Below, one piece after another: positions 55,820 to 64,000 of a stretch of 64,000 nucleotides of DNA. The position numbers and the translations under genes were made by a program. This stretch comes from an uncultured delta proteobacterium (GTDB lineage: Bacteria > Myxococcota_A > Polyangia > Polyangiales > Houyiibacteriaceae). Below the pieces are notes generated by a model. That model worked only from the letters and a program-made list of their open reading frames with translations. It did not search any database and had not been told where the DNA came from. Location: contig CAWBAV010000006.1 of assembly GCA_963786865.1 (NCBI GenBank), positions 299,837 through 363,836 of the forward strand, given 5' to 3'. The first letter of the stretch is position 1; each line of letters opens with the position of its first letter.

Positions 55820-56971
55820 ATGTCGGAGCGTGACAGGATTCCTCGATGGGTTCTCTGGCTCGGAGCTTCGTTCCTCGTCGGATGGCTGCTCTACACGCTG
55901 CGTGGCGTCTTGGCCCCGGTGTTCTTCGCGTTTCTCATCGCGTACATGCTCGATCCCCTGGTCGACCGAATCGAGCAGAGCCGTGCGCTACGCGGCAGAG
56001 CCATCGGCCGCGGGGTGGGAATTGCGCTGCTCCTTGCGGCTCTCTTCGCGATCTCGGTGTTTTCCATTTTGGTGCTGGTCCCGATGGTCTACGAGGAGGT
56101 CGCGAGCTTCGTGCGACGCCTCCCAGGGCTCGTTGCCCGGAGCCGCGCAGAGTGGGAGCCGGTTCTCGCGGAGTACGGATTGCGTGTTCCGGCCTCCGTG
56201 GGCGAGGCGTTCGAAGAGCTTCACCTCGACCTACAGTCGGTGCTGACCAAGGGCTACACGCCTGCGACCGCGCTTGCGAAATCACTCCTCGGCGGAACGG
56301 CCTCGGCCCTCGCGGCGATCGTTGCTTCGCTGATGGTTCCGGTGTTTGCCTTCTATCTGCTCTACGATTTCGACGCGCTCGTCGCCAAGGCTGGAGATCT
56401 GATTCCTCCGCGACTTCGGCCTCAGACGAACCGCTTCTTCGGCGATGTGGATGCCGTTCTCGGACAGTTCTTCCGCGGCCAGTTCACGGTCATGGCCATT
56501 CTCGCGGGGCTCTATTCGCTCGGCTACGGCGTCATTGGAGTGCCGCTGGCGCTGCCGATCGGGCTCATGGCCGGGGTCCTTTCATTCATTCCGTACGTGG
56601 GGAGCACGCTCGCGCTGGCGGCTGCTCTGCTGATGACCGCGCTCGATTGGCAGGGTTGGACGCAAATACTCTGGGTGCTCGGGGTACACGCGATCATTCA
56701 GGGCTTGGAAGGCTTCGTGATCACTCCCAAGATCATGGGTGACACGGTCGGGATCTCCGCAATCACGGTCCTGCTCGCCCTTCTGGTCGGCGCAGAGCTC
56801 CTCGGTTTCACGGGGGTCCTGCTCGCGGTACCCGCGGCGGCCGTCACCAAGATCCTCGTCATGCGAGTCGACGAACGTTACCGCCAATCGGAGTTTTTCG
56901 TAGGACGAAACCCCGGCGCGAGCGAGGTTAGGGAGAGCTCCGAAGACGAGTCAGGTCGACCTTTACCATGA
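55820..56971 (+). CDS. AI-2E family transporter (PerM/YhhT-like permease)
   Basis: 383 aa with about 8 TM helices. LAPVFFAFLIAYMLDP and the C-terminal GFVITPKIMG...GVLLAVP are typical. Confidence 0.8.
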   Translation: MSERDRIPRWVLWLGASFLVGWLLYTLRGVLAPVFFAFLIAYMLDPLVDRIEQSRALRGRAIGRGVGIALLLAALFAISVFSILVLVPMVYEEVASFVRRLPGLVARSRAEWEPVLAEYGLRVPASVGEAFEELHLDLQSVLTKGYTPATALAKSLLGGTASALAAIVASLMVPVFAFYLLYDFDALVAKAGDLIPPRLRPQTNRFFGDVDAVLGQFFRGQFTVMAILAGLYSLGYGVIGVPLALPIGLMAGVLSFIPYVGSTLALAAALLMTALDWQGWTQILWVLGVHAIIQGLEGFVITPKIMGDTVGISAITVLLALLVGAELLGFTGVLLAVPAAAVTKILVMRVDERYRQSEFFVGRNPGASEVRESSEDESGRPLP

Positions 56972-57863
56972 TGATCCGGGCGCGACGTCGAACGCGCGCG
57001 GATCGCAGCAGCTCCCGCCAGAGCGGCTCCATCGAAACGGGGGGAGACGCGACCCAGGCCTCGATGAGCTCGGCGTTCTTCTCGGCCTGCTCCTCGCTCG
57101 AGATTTCGAGGTAGAGCTCCAGCATCTCATCGCTGCCTGATTTCACGGAGACCGCGATCGCTTGCGCGTCGTCTAGCGGGGACGCTTTGCCCCCAAACCT
57201 CGTCGCCGCGGCGAGGGCCGACTTCCAGTGTTCCGGTGGTTCGACGATCGCCGCGATCGCGGCTCCGATGCTCAGCGTCGGCCAGAATCGCGACAGGGTG
57301 GCCCGTTCGATGAGGCTCGGCGCCGCACCTCGTCGTACCTCCATCACTTCGCTCACCGTTGCGATCGATCCGGTCACGATCGTGCGCTCATCGAGTAGGG
57401 CGATCGCGCTCCGACCATCGCGACTCGAGAGCAAAGGACCGGCGGGGCTGTCCAGACGCAGTACCGAGCCGGCCCGTCCTTCGACGAGCGAGCGGTGACA
57501 TGCGGCGAGCGCCTCTCCATCGACGCTGCGTCCTCGCAACATCAAGCCGATCGCTTGAAACGGTTCCTCGTCGGGCCCGCGGACCCATAGGGTGGCGTCG
57601 CTCAACGTGGCCAGTGGATCGAGACTGCAGACCGCCTCGATCTCGCTGAGCGCGTCGTCGGGCAGGAAGGCCTCGACGAGAATCCGAGCCGCCTCGGTGC
57701 GCTCCAATGCGCGGATGTCGAGCTGCAGGAGCGCTCGGGCCGTGCTTGGCAGCGCTTCCAGCGATTGGCGCGCGCGCAGGGACCGTCCATGTCGAATCGC
57801 CGCAAATAGCAGGGCGGCCATCATGATCGAGACGAGGGCCAGCACTTTGAGCGAGCGGTACAT
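56928..57863 (-). CDS. Hypothetical protein with an N-terminal TM/signal anchor
   Basis: The start is taken at the ATG at 57863 (MYRSLKVLALVSIMMAALLFAAI). The upstream part of ORF ..58226 is Arg-rich and antisense to rnhA. Confidence 0.45.
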   Translation of the reverse strand: MYRSLKVLALVSIMMAALLFAAIRHGRSLRARQSLEALPSTARALLQLDIRALERTEAARILVEAFLPDDALSEIEAVCSLDPLATLSDATLWVRGPDEEPFQAIGLMLRGRSVDGEALAACHRSLVEGRAGSVLRLDSPAGPLLSSRDGRSAIALLDERTIVTGSIATVSEVMEVRRGAAPSLIERATLSRFWPTLSIGAAIAAIVEPPEHWKSALAAATRFGGKASPLDDAQAIAVSVKSGSDEMLELYLEISSEEQAEKNAELIEAWVASPPVSMEPLWRELLRSARVRRRARIIMVKVDLTRLRSSP

Positions 57864-57919
57864 CGTTCGAGGGTAGGAAGTTCTTTTGCCCGGGCAAGGC
57901 CTCGTGCTAACGCCTGCCC

Positions 57920-58615
57920 ATGTCGTGGCGCCGAATGCGATTGCGCAATGCCGAAGTTCTCGCCCGCTGCGACGAGAGCGGGAACTTGGTTTCCAATGGC
58001 GGCCGGGTCGAAATTCGATACAAACCCAACGATGGGCGCGCCTACTTCGCCGCGGCCTCGAACCTGACGCCCCTCGCGGGCGAGCCTGGGATCGAGCAGG
58101 ACTCGTATTGCGGCCCGGGCGAATCCGTCCAGAAGCAGTCGAAGCCTTCGAAGAAATCCGCCGGCTCCGCTTCGGCGCCGGAATCGCCGCAAGGGGACGA
58201 GCTGCTCGTGTACGCGGATGGAGCATGCAGTGGGAACCCGGGCCCCGCTGGAGTTGGCGTCGTCGCGCTCTGGGGAGATCGACGGCGCGAGCTGAGCGAG
58301 TACATCGGCGAAGCGACGAACAACATCGCCGAGCTCACCGGCATACTTCGCGCCGCCGAGCTCGCGCAAGAGCTGGGCAGACCGCTCCGGCTCTACACCG
58401 ATTCGACGTACTCGATCGGTGTGCTCACCAAGGGTTGGAAGGCCAAAGCAAACAAGGAGCTCGTTGCCGCCGTGCGCGAGGCATTGGGCGCGCAGCCAGA
58501 CGCCAAGCTCTTTCACGTACGCGGCCACGAAGGGGTCCTCCTCAACGAGCACGCCGACGAGCTTGCCGTTCGCGCCGTCCAAAACAAGACGTCTACGGGT
58601 TGGATCGATCGCTAA
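57920..58615 (+). CDS. rnhA: Ribonuclease HI with an N-terminal extension of about 100 aa
   Basis: The C-terminal domain has LLVYADGACSGNPGPAG, NNIAELTG, LYTDSTY and NEHADELA (the DEDD catalytic set). The N-terminal 100 aa have unknown function. Confidence 0.85.
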   Translation: MSWRRMRLRNAEVLARCDESGNLVSNGGRVEIRYKPNDGRAYFAAASNLTPLAGEPGIEQDSYCGPGESVQKQSKPSKKSAGSASAPESPQGDELLVYADGACSGNPGPAGVGVVALWGDRRRELSEYIGEATNNIAELTGILRAAELAQELGRPLRLYTDSTYSIGVLTKGWKAKANKELVAAVREALGAQPDAKLFHVRGHEGVLLNEHADELAVRAVQNKTSTGWIDR

Positions 58616-59528
58616 ATCGCCGTGCGGCTTCTTCGAGCGTGACCAGCTCGTAACCCGCGTCGCGAATCACGCGGAGAGCGAGCCCTATCGCGCCGAGCTT
58701 CTCGGATGCTTTGCGTTTCAGATCCGCGCGGTGCCGTGCCAGGGTTTCGATGCCGTCCTCGACCGCGTCGGACGCGTCGAGGCCGTGGAGCTCGAGGTTG
58801 ATCAGCTCCCGTCCGAGCATCTGCTTGCTGAGCCGTTCTGCCATTCGGTCTCCGCCGAGCACGAGGGAGGTGCCGATGAAAGGCATTTGCAGCGGCGTGA
58901 CACCGATCGGAAGCTCGAGAATTCCATCGCCCTTTCGCCAGTACGGGCGACCCACACGATACGGCTGCCGCGGCGCTCGCAAGACCGCCGGCGTATCGAG
59001 CACGCTCGCGCTCCGGCGCCCGATCGCCCTGAACGCGCCGAGGGCGAGAGCCTTGGCCGCGTAGTAGCTCGCGCATGGAAAGACGCTCGAATCGTACGTG
59101 ACGCCCGCCACGTCGAGCGCGCTGAAGAGCGCATCGCTGACCGTGTAGCCGGGCGCGCGAAAACCCGAGGGCCGCGCTCCGCAGGCCAGCTCGATGATCG
59201 CTGCCCCGCGTTCGATCTCGTCGCGGACCTCGGCAGCAGCGCGCCGGGTGAGGTCATAGTGATGGTGATACGAGTGGTTCCCGATCTCGTGTCCCGCACG
59301 ATGGAGCCTGGCGACGGTCGTTTTGTTCTCGTCGCGCTCGAGGTCCTCCCCGATCACGAAGAACGTGGCTGGGATCGACTCCTCGTCGAGCCATGCTTCC
59401 AATCGAGGCACTGCCGCGTCATAGACCGCATGGGCTTCCGGACCCGTCGGCTGCTCGATGCCATGGATCGCCGCGTAACGAGGGATCTCGTCCAAGTCGA
59501 TCGATATCGATGCGAGCCTGAGGGTCAC
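58593..59528 (-). CDS. Polysaccharide deacetylase (NodB/CE4-like)
   Basis: The GTG at 59528 overlaps the GT2 stop (GTGA). Observed motifs: [33 protein letters not shown]. The rest of ORF ..60134 is an out-of-frame shadow of GT2. Confidence 0.8.
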   Translation of the reverse strand: MTLRLASISIDLDEIPRYAAIHGIEQPTGPEAHAVYDAAVPRLEAWLDEESIPATFFVIGEDLERDENKTTVARLHRAGHEIGNHSYHHHYDLTRRAAAEVRDEIERGAAIIELACGARPSGFRAPGYTVSDALFSALDVAGVTYDSSVFPCASYYAAKALALGAFRAIGRRSASVLDTPAVLRAPRQPYRVGRPYWRKGDGILELPIGVTPLQMPFIGTSLVLGGDRMAERLSKQMLGRELINLELHGLDASDAVEDGIETLARHRADLKRKASEKLGAIGLALRVIRDAGYELVTLEEAARRFSDRSNP

Positions 59529-60247
59529 CCTTTGATCCGAATTGCGAAGAAGAGCTTGGCCAAGTTCTTCAAGACGTTGGGAACGCGCTTCACCAAGCCC
59601 ACGGTTGGAGGCCGTTTCTCCAGAACACGAACGGGGATCTCGCGGACGCAAAGGCCCGCACGCGCCGTCCGGATCACCAGCTCGGAGGCGAACAGATCGC
59701 GATCGACCAGGCATGCTCGAGCGACCGGCGCAACGGGTTCCCGCCGGAATGCCTTCAGTCCGTGGGTGTCCGTTCCCTCGAACCCGAGCGCGAGTCGGAG
59801 CATCCCGTTGATCACGACGGTGCCCAGCCGGCGGAACAGAGGTCGTTGATCCATCGCTCCTTCCATGACCTTCGACCCGACCACGAAGTCGACGGACCGA
59901 TCTTCGAGCAGCGCCATCGCGCGCTGGTAGAAGTCCGTATCGCATAGATCGATCTCGTCGCAGATGACGATTTCGCCCTTCGCGTGGAGGATTCCATCGC
60001 GAAGCGCAGCGCCATAGTTGGGTTCGTCCGTGTGGAGGCAGACGATCTGCTGGAAACGCTCGGCGAGAGCGAGCGCCTCCTCGGAGGTCCGGTCCGTCGA
60101 ACCGTTCTCGGCGAGAATCAGCTCGTACGACCATGAAAGCGCGCCGAGTCGGTCGATCAGGTCGACCACGGCAGCGCGCAGAATCGCCTCCTCGTTGTAC
60201 ACGGGGATGACGATCGAAACGTTCGGCGGCGCGTTCGGTTCAGTCAA
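59525..60247 (-). CDS. Family 2 glycosyltransferase (polyprenol-phosphate sugar synthase-like, Dpm1/ArnC type)
   Basis: Observed motifs: [29 protein letters not shown] (DxD). The product is short (240 aa) and soluble, of the type typical for polyprenyl-P glycosyltransferases. Confidence 0.8.
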   Translation of the reverse strand: MTEPNAPPNVSIVIPVYNEEAILRAAVVDLIDRLGALSWSYELILAENGSTDRTSEEALALAERFQQIVCLHTDEPNYGAALRDGILHAKGEIVICDEIDLCDTDFYQRAMALLEDRSVDFVVGSKVMEGAMDQRPLFRRLGTVVINGMLRLALGFEGTDTHGLKAFRREPVAPVARACLVDRDLFASELVIRTARAGLCVREIPVRVLEKRPPTVGLVKRVPNVLKNLAKLFFAIRIKG

Positions 60248-60280
60248 CGGGCGGCACTCTCTAACGCGTGCATTCCGGGG

Positions 60281-61363
60281 TCAAGCCAATGCGCAGAGCA
60301 CCGCATGTGCTGCCTCCAGCTCGATCTGCAACGGTCCGAGGCATGCTGGGAGCGCGGCGGTTTGACCGGTCGTCAGAATGCATTGCGTTGCACCGTCATC
60401 GAGTCGCGCTCGTCCGGCGAGAACCGTGAGCGAGCGAAGGCGGTTCTCCGCGTCCAGCTCGAGCTGTCCCGTTCCAGACAGACGCCGCAACGAGAACCGC
60501 GTTGACCGTGCGGGGCCTGCCTCGCTAGCGATAATCTCGAGCTGCGCCGTGTCATCGGTTCGTGCCGGTCCGGAGCGGTGGCGCACCGCGGCCAGAAGCG
60601 CTGCGCCTCGGGGACTGTCCCATCGCGTCACATCGAGCGCGCGGTTCCGATGAAGCTGGCGCGGTTTTCCCCCGGGGTCGATGCGACCGGCACTGTCGTA
60701 CTTGCGATTCCAATCCCAGTAGCGGTAGGTGAGGCCGCGACGACCTGGAGCGACGCGCTGAGGCTCCAGAAGGAGCACACCCTTGCCGATCGCGTGCGGC
60801 GTTCCAGGCTCGATCAGAAAGACATCGCCCGGTGACACCGGCACGAACGACATCAGCGCGTCGACCGCTCCTCCCTCGTCGATCGCGGTTTCGACGTCCT
60901 GCCTCGACACTCCGTCGCGAAAGCCGAGGTAGAGACCGGCGCCCTCATCCGCGTCGATGATGTACCAGGCCTCGGGCTTTCCGCTTTCGTCGGCCGCGAG
61001 CTTCGGGTCGTCGTCGCTCGGATGGATCTGCACCGAGAGCTCGTCGGCAGCGTCGACCAGCTTGACCAGAAGAGCGGTCGAGCCGAGCTCTGCTTCGACC
61101 CCGAGCAGGGCGGGGTCGGCGCGCAGGACTTCATCGAGCGTCGGCCCATCGACCAAGCGGCTCGGGAAATCGGGCTCCACCGAAAGCTCCCAGGCTTCGC
61201 CCACCGGGCCGTGATCCCGCAGGCCAACGTTTGCCTTCAACTTTTCGCTGATCCGGCGGCCTCCCCAAGGGGTCCGCGATGGGGGCGTGAAATTGTCCGC
61301 TTGAAGGACGAGAGGGCGCCGCCAATTTCTTGGTCCTACTTTATCCCACATGTAAGGTGACAC
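60281..61363 (-). CDS. Type I phosphomannose isomerase-like protein
   Basis: Observed motifs: TPWGGRRI, GEAWELS, LSVQIHPSD, KPEAWYI, PGTPHAIG. The Zn ligands Q/H/E/H are in the expected order. Confidence 0.75.
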   Translation of the reverse strand: MSPYMWDKVGPRNWRRPLVLQADNFTPPSRTPWGGRRISEKLKANVGLRDHGPVGEAWELSVEPDFPSRLVDGPTLDEVLRADPALLGVEAELGSTALLVKLVDAADELSVQIHPSDDDPKLAADESGKPEAWYIIDADEGAGLYLGFRDGVSRQDVETAIDEGGAVDALMSFVPVSPGDVFLIEPGTPHAIGKGVLLLEPQRVAPGRRGLTYRYWDWNRKYDSAGRIDPGGKPRQLHRNRALDVTRWDSPRGAALLAAVRHRSGPARTDDTAQLEIIASEAGPARSTRFSLRRLSGTGQLELDAENRLRSLTVLAGRARLDDGATQCILTTGQTAALPACLGPLQIELEAAHAVLCALA

Positions 61364-61396
61364 CGAATCCTATGGTAGCGCCCCGGGAGGTTTCTG

Positions 61397-61714
61397 ATGG
61401 GTTATTTGGGCAAAGAACGACGCATTCATCGCATTTTCGTGACTCGCAACAGTGAATACCACGTTCGTCGGAACGTCTGCGTCGGCGTTCGAGACCGCCG
61501 CAGCGGCGAGTGGCTCGGCGGCCATCTCGCGCTCCGCAGCACGGTTTCGGGAGGCCTGAAGTTCCACGACAATGGCGCGATCAGCGCGTCGGAGGGTCTT
61601 CCCACGGTCGGCGAGTCGCTGTTCTTCATCGCGGCAGGCCGGGATCTCATCACCAGCCCCGTGCTCAACGTCGAACGGCCGGCCCGAGAGATCGTTCACA
61701 ATTACCCAATCTAA
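61397..61714 (+). CDS. Hypothetical protein
   Basis: 105-aa ORF following a gggagg SD (MGYLGKERRIHRIFVTRNSEYHVRR...). No family recognised. Confidence 0.45.
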   Translation: MGYLGKERRIHRIFVTRNSEYHVRRNVCVGVRDRRSGEWLGGHLALRSTVSGGLKFHDNGAISASEGLPTVGESLFFIAAGRDLITSPVLNVERPAREIVHNYPI

Positions 61715-61758
61715 GCACCAGGCGGACGGGATGCTATATCCTGCCCGTGTCGTCGCAG

Positions 61759-62148
61759 ATGAAGACCATTCGAGTGGTTGCCGCCCTCGTGGAACGAGAC
61801 GGGCGGTATCTGATAACGCAGCGTCGCGCGAGCGCAGTGCTTCCCTTGCTTTGGGACTTTCCCGGCGGGCGAGTCGAAGACGGTGAGAGCGACGAAGCCG
61901 CTTTGGCGCGCGAAGTCGGCGAACGCCTCGGCGCGACCGTGGAGGTCGGGCAGTTGATATCGTTCGTCAATCATCCGTACGAGCGATACGCGGTCGACTT
62001 GTATCTCTATCAGTGCGAGTTGCTGAGCGACCAGCTTCACTGTCGTGCCGTCAACGACTACGCATGGGTGAGCTCCAAGGAAATGGAGGCCTACGCCTTC
62101 ACCCCCGTAGATGAAGCCTCGATGAGTAAGCTTCTCGGCGAGCTTTGA
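61759..62148 (+). CDS. Nudix hydrolase (MutT-like)
   Basis: The ATG at 61759 opens the ORF. The Nudix box is GGRVEDGESDEAALAREVGERLG, and LWDFPGG precedes it as in 8-oxo-dGTPases. Confidence 0.8.
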   Translation: MKTIRVVAALVERDGRYLITQRRASAVLPLLWDFPGGRVEDGESDEAALAREVGERLGATVEVGQLISFVNHPYERYAVDLYLYQCELLSDQLHCRAVNDYAWVSSKEMEAYAFTPVDEASMSKLLGEL

Positions 62149-62158
62149 GCACGCCGGG

Positions 62159-63016
62159 CTAGACGTCGTAGAAGATCGGCGGTCGCTTGCGGACGAAGCG
62201 CAGGACCAAGTCTCGTGCCTCGTCTGAGAGGTCTTCGAACTGGATGCCCATCCCAGGCTCCGACTCGGACATGAAATCCATCGGGTCGCGAACGAAGCGC
62301 ACGTAACCGTCGCACTCGAACTCGAAGCCACCGGGAAGGGTCACCAACATTCGCACCGAGGTGTCTTTTGGAAGCGCTTCGTACGTGGCCAGAAACACCC
62401 CTCCATGAGCGATTTCGCCGCTGAACCCCACGTAGAAGTTCGACTGAGTGGTCGCGCCGAGGTTGGCCTCGACCGCTTGTCGCTCGCCCGTGGGAATCGG
62501 AGCCGGCGGTGGCAGCAGCGAAGTGGGGATCGGCTGGGGCGCACCCGAATGCGGTCTGCCCGACTGCGGCCGCTCGGAAGCTGGTTGGCTGAGCGGCCGT
62601 ACACTCGAGGCCGGGCGACTCGACGCGGGCACGGACTGCGGGCGCGTGGCGGGACGCGCCGACTCGGGCGGGCGACTCAGCGGAGCCACGCTCGGCTTGT
62701 TCGTGAGCGGAAAGAGAACGCTGATGACGTCGGCGATGCTCTCCGTCGCGGTTTCAACGCCTTCGTGCTCGCTCTTCACGTCTTGAAGGAGTGCCAGCGT
62801 TTGGCTGAGCGTGCCGAGCGCGTTCTTCACGCAGGTCTTTCCGTCGACCTCGGTCGATGCGTACTCTGCTTCGAAGAGGGCGCCGATGGACTTCGCGACG
62901 TTTTGCGTCAGTCCAAGAACCTCCTCGGGAACCTCCGAGTCTTTTTGAAGCGCCTCGAGCGCTTTTCCGAGCGATTCACGAGCCTGTCGTGCCTCGGCCG
63001 CTGATGAGTAAGCCAT
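62159..63016 (-). CDS. PilZ-like (TIGR02266-type) domain protein with a Pro/Ser-rich linker
   Basis: The C-terminal GEIAHGGVFLAT...VRMLVTLPGG...GYVRFVRD...EPGMGIQFEDLSDEARDLVLRFV matches the myxobacterial PilZ-type paralogous domain. Confidence 0.7.
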   Translation of the reverse strand: MAYSSAAEARQARESLGKALEALQKDSEVPEEVLGLTQNVAKSIGALFEAEYASTEVDGKTCVKNALGTLSQTLALLQDVKSEHEGVETATESIADVISVLFPLTNKPSVAPLSRPPESARPATRPQSVPASSRPASSVRPLSQPASERPQSGRPHSGAPQPIPTSLLPPPAPIPTGERQAVEANLGATTQSNFYVGFSGEIAHGGVFLATYEALPKDTSVRMLVTLPGGFEFECDGYVRFVRDPMDFMSESEPGMGIQFEDLSDEARDLVLRFVRKRPPIFYDV

Positions 63017-63071
63017 GCTTGATTTCCCCGCCTGCCTGCTTCGCTCCAGAATACCGGGAGTCGCGGTCGCG

Positions 63072-63509
63072 TCAAAGCTCCTTGACGAATACCACGCGTG
63101 AGCGGCCTGGGCCCGCGTAGTCCGCGACTTCGGAGCTCTCGAAACCCATCGATTCGTGGAAGCGGACGGGGCCCTCGTGTCCGGCTGACGCGATGGACTT
63201 GATGCGCTTCATTCCGGCAGCCCGGCACCGCTCCGAGAAATTCTCGTAGAGGTGTTTCCCGACGCTGCGACGACGGTGATCCGGGTGAATTCCGACCAGG
63301 TGCACGTAGCCCGTGGCCGACGGGGCAGGAACCATGACGCCGAAGAGAAACCCGATCAGCTGTCCGTCGCGTTCAGCGACCAGAGCATGCTCGCCGAACT
63401 CGTAGAAGAACATCGGATCGGCCCGTTTGCCAGCTGGACCACCCCACCACTGGTCCAGGACCGAGATGATATAGTCGTAATCGACCTTGGTGATTCCCCG
63501 AATCTCCAT
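63072..63509 (-). CDS. GNAT-family N-acetyltransferase
   Basis: The ATG at 63509 opens the ORF. IGIHPDHRRRSVGKHLY is the acetyl-CoA-binding motif A (R-x-x-G-x-G/A-like). Confidence 0.75.
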   Translation of the reverse strand: MEIRGITKVDYDYIISVLDQWWGGPAGKRADPMFFYEFGEHALVAERDGQLIGFLFGVMVPAPSATGYVHLVGIHPDHRRRSVGKHLYENFSERCRAAGMKRIKSIASAGHEGPVRFHESMGFESSEVADYAGPGRSRVVFVKEL

Positions 63510-63568
63510 GTCCCCGAACAGCGAATAACACGAACACCGTAATAACGCACGACGATCCCGATCGAAGC

Positions 63569-64000
63569 ATGCCACCGGCCCCAGCAAGATCCGAGCCCAT
63601 CGAAATCCTGTTCTGCCCTTTCTGTCGCGATGGCTTCGAGGGACGCAGCGACTGCCCGGAGCACGATCTCACGCTGGTTCCCATCGACGAGCTTCCGCGC
63701 AGCGGCGATCGTCGGCTCCAAGGCGTGATGTTCTTCGCGGACCCACGACTTGGTCGGGGTACCGTGCTGCTGGGCGTCTCTTTGGCGCTGTTGGGCTTTC
63801 TCGTGCCACTGGTGCGCTACGGGGAGGTCGTCGAGTCCGCGCTGGAGGTCGCGATGGAGGGCGCCGGCAATCTCTGGCTCGCACCCGTTGCGGCACTGGC
63901 CATCCTCGCGATTCTGTGGCGCCGGAGGACCAGGTCGGCGATGCGCGCTGGGCGCGCGGCTGTATTTGGGCTCGCCCTGGGGGGATCCTGCCTTTGCTCT
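63569..64000 (+). CDS. Hypothetical zinc-ribbon membrane protein; 3' end beyond the window
   Basis: An open frame runs from the ATG at 63569 to the window end: MPPAPARSEPIEILFCPFCRDGFEGRSDCPEHDL... followed by hydrophobic segments. It is not in the ORF track because it is open-ended. Confidence 0.45.
   Translation, partial: MPPAPARSEPIEILFCPFCRDGFEGRSDCPEHDLTLVPIDELPRSGDRRLQGVMFFADPRLGRGTVLLGVSLALLGFLVPLVRYGEVVESALEVAMEGAGNLWLAPVAALAILAILWRRRTRSAMRAGRAAVFGLALGGSCLCS

Overview
This is a GC-rich bacterial chromosomal segment; third codon positions are almost all G/C. The gene content suggests a Myxococcota-type deltaproteobacterium (inference): Ser/Thr kinase, many TPR proteins, a TIGR02266-like PilZ protein, a sigma-54 promoter, a split F0-only atp cluster and a CxxxY-type CcmE. 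I support about 65 protein genes, and nearly all are housekeeping. They cover haem and cytochrome maturation (hemL, ccmE) and the ATP synthase F0 genes (atpZ/I/B/E). DNA and RNA functions include an MrfA/MrfB-like helicase-exonuclease pair, rnhA, an RNase HII-like gene, a MutT-like Nudix gene, dus, queA, tgt, tsaC and rluD/rluA. Metabolic genes include purine (purH, purD, purF), pyrD, dapA/dapB, tyrA, a three-gene biotin carboxylase cluster, an acyl-CoA mutase large subunit and cstA. I saw no rRNA, tRNA, CRISPR array, transposase, integrase, prophage or recognisable defence or toxin system. I cannot honestly claim a novel multi-gene system. The most unusual structure is a repeat-rich islet at about 20.76-22.95 kb. 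It contains two near-identical 105-nt palindromic elements, with a third, inverted copy at 935-1040. All three carry a Shine-Dalgarno sequence plus a mini-ORF. The islet also holds co-oriented (CAGYGY)n hexamer arrays abutting stop codons, a 27-bp hairpin that buries the RBS of a four-helix-bundle gene, and a perfect 20-bp inverted repeat. Other points of interest are a good sigma-54 promoter with a tandem upstream repeat in front of a Kazal/Cys-rich lipoprotein, a divergent RNase HII-like protein, and a PMI-GT2-deacetylase operon. Caveat: purH and dus are each broken by a one-base homopolymer frameshift. The assembly therefore probably contains indel errors, and small-ORF and frame calls should be treated cautiously.
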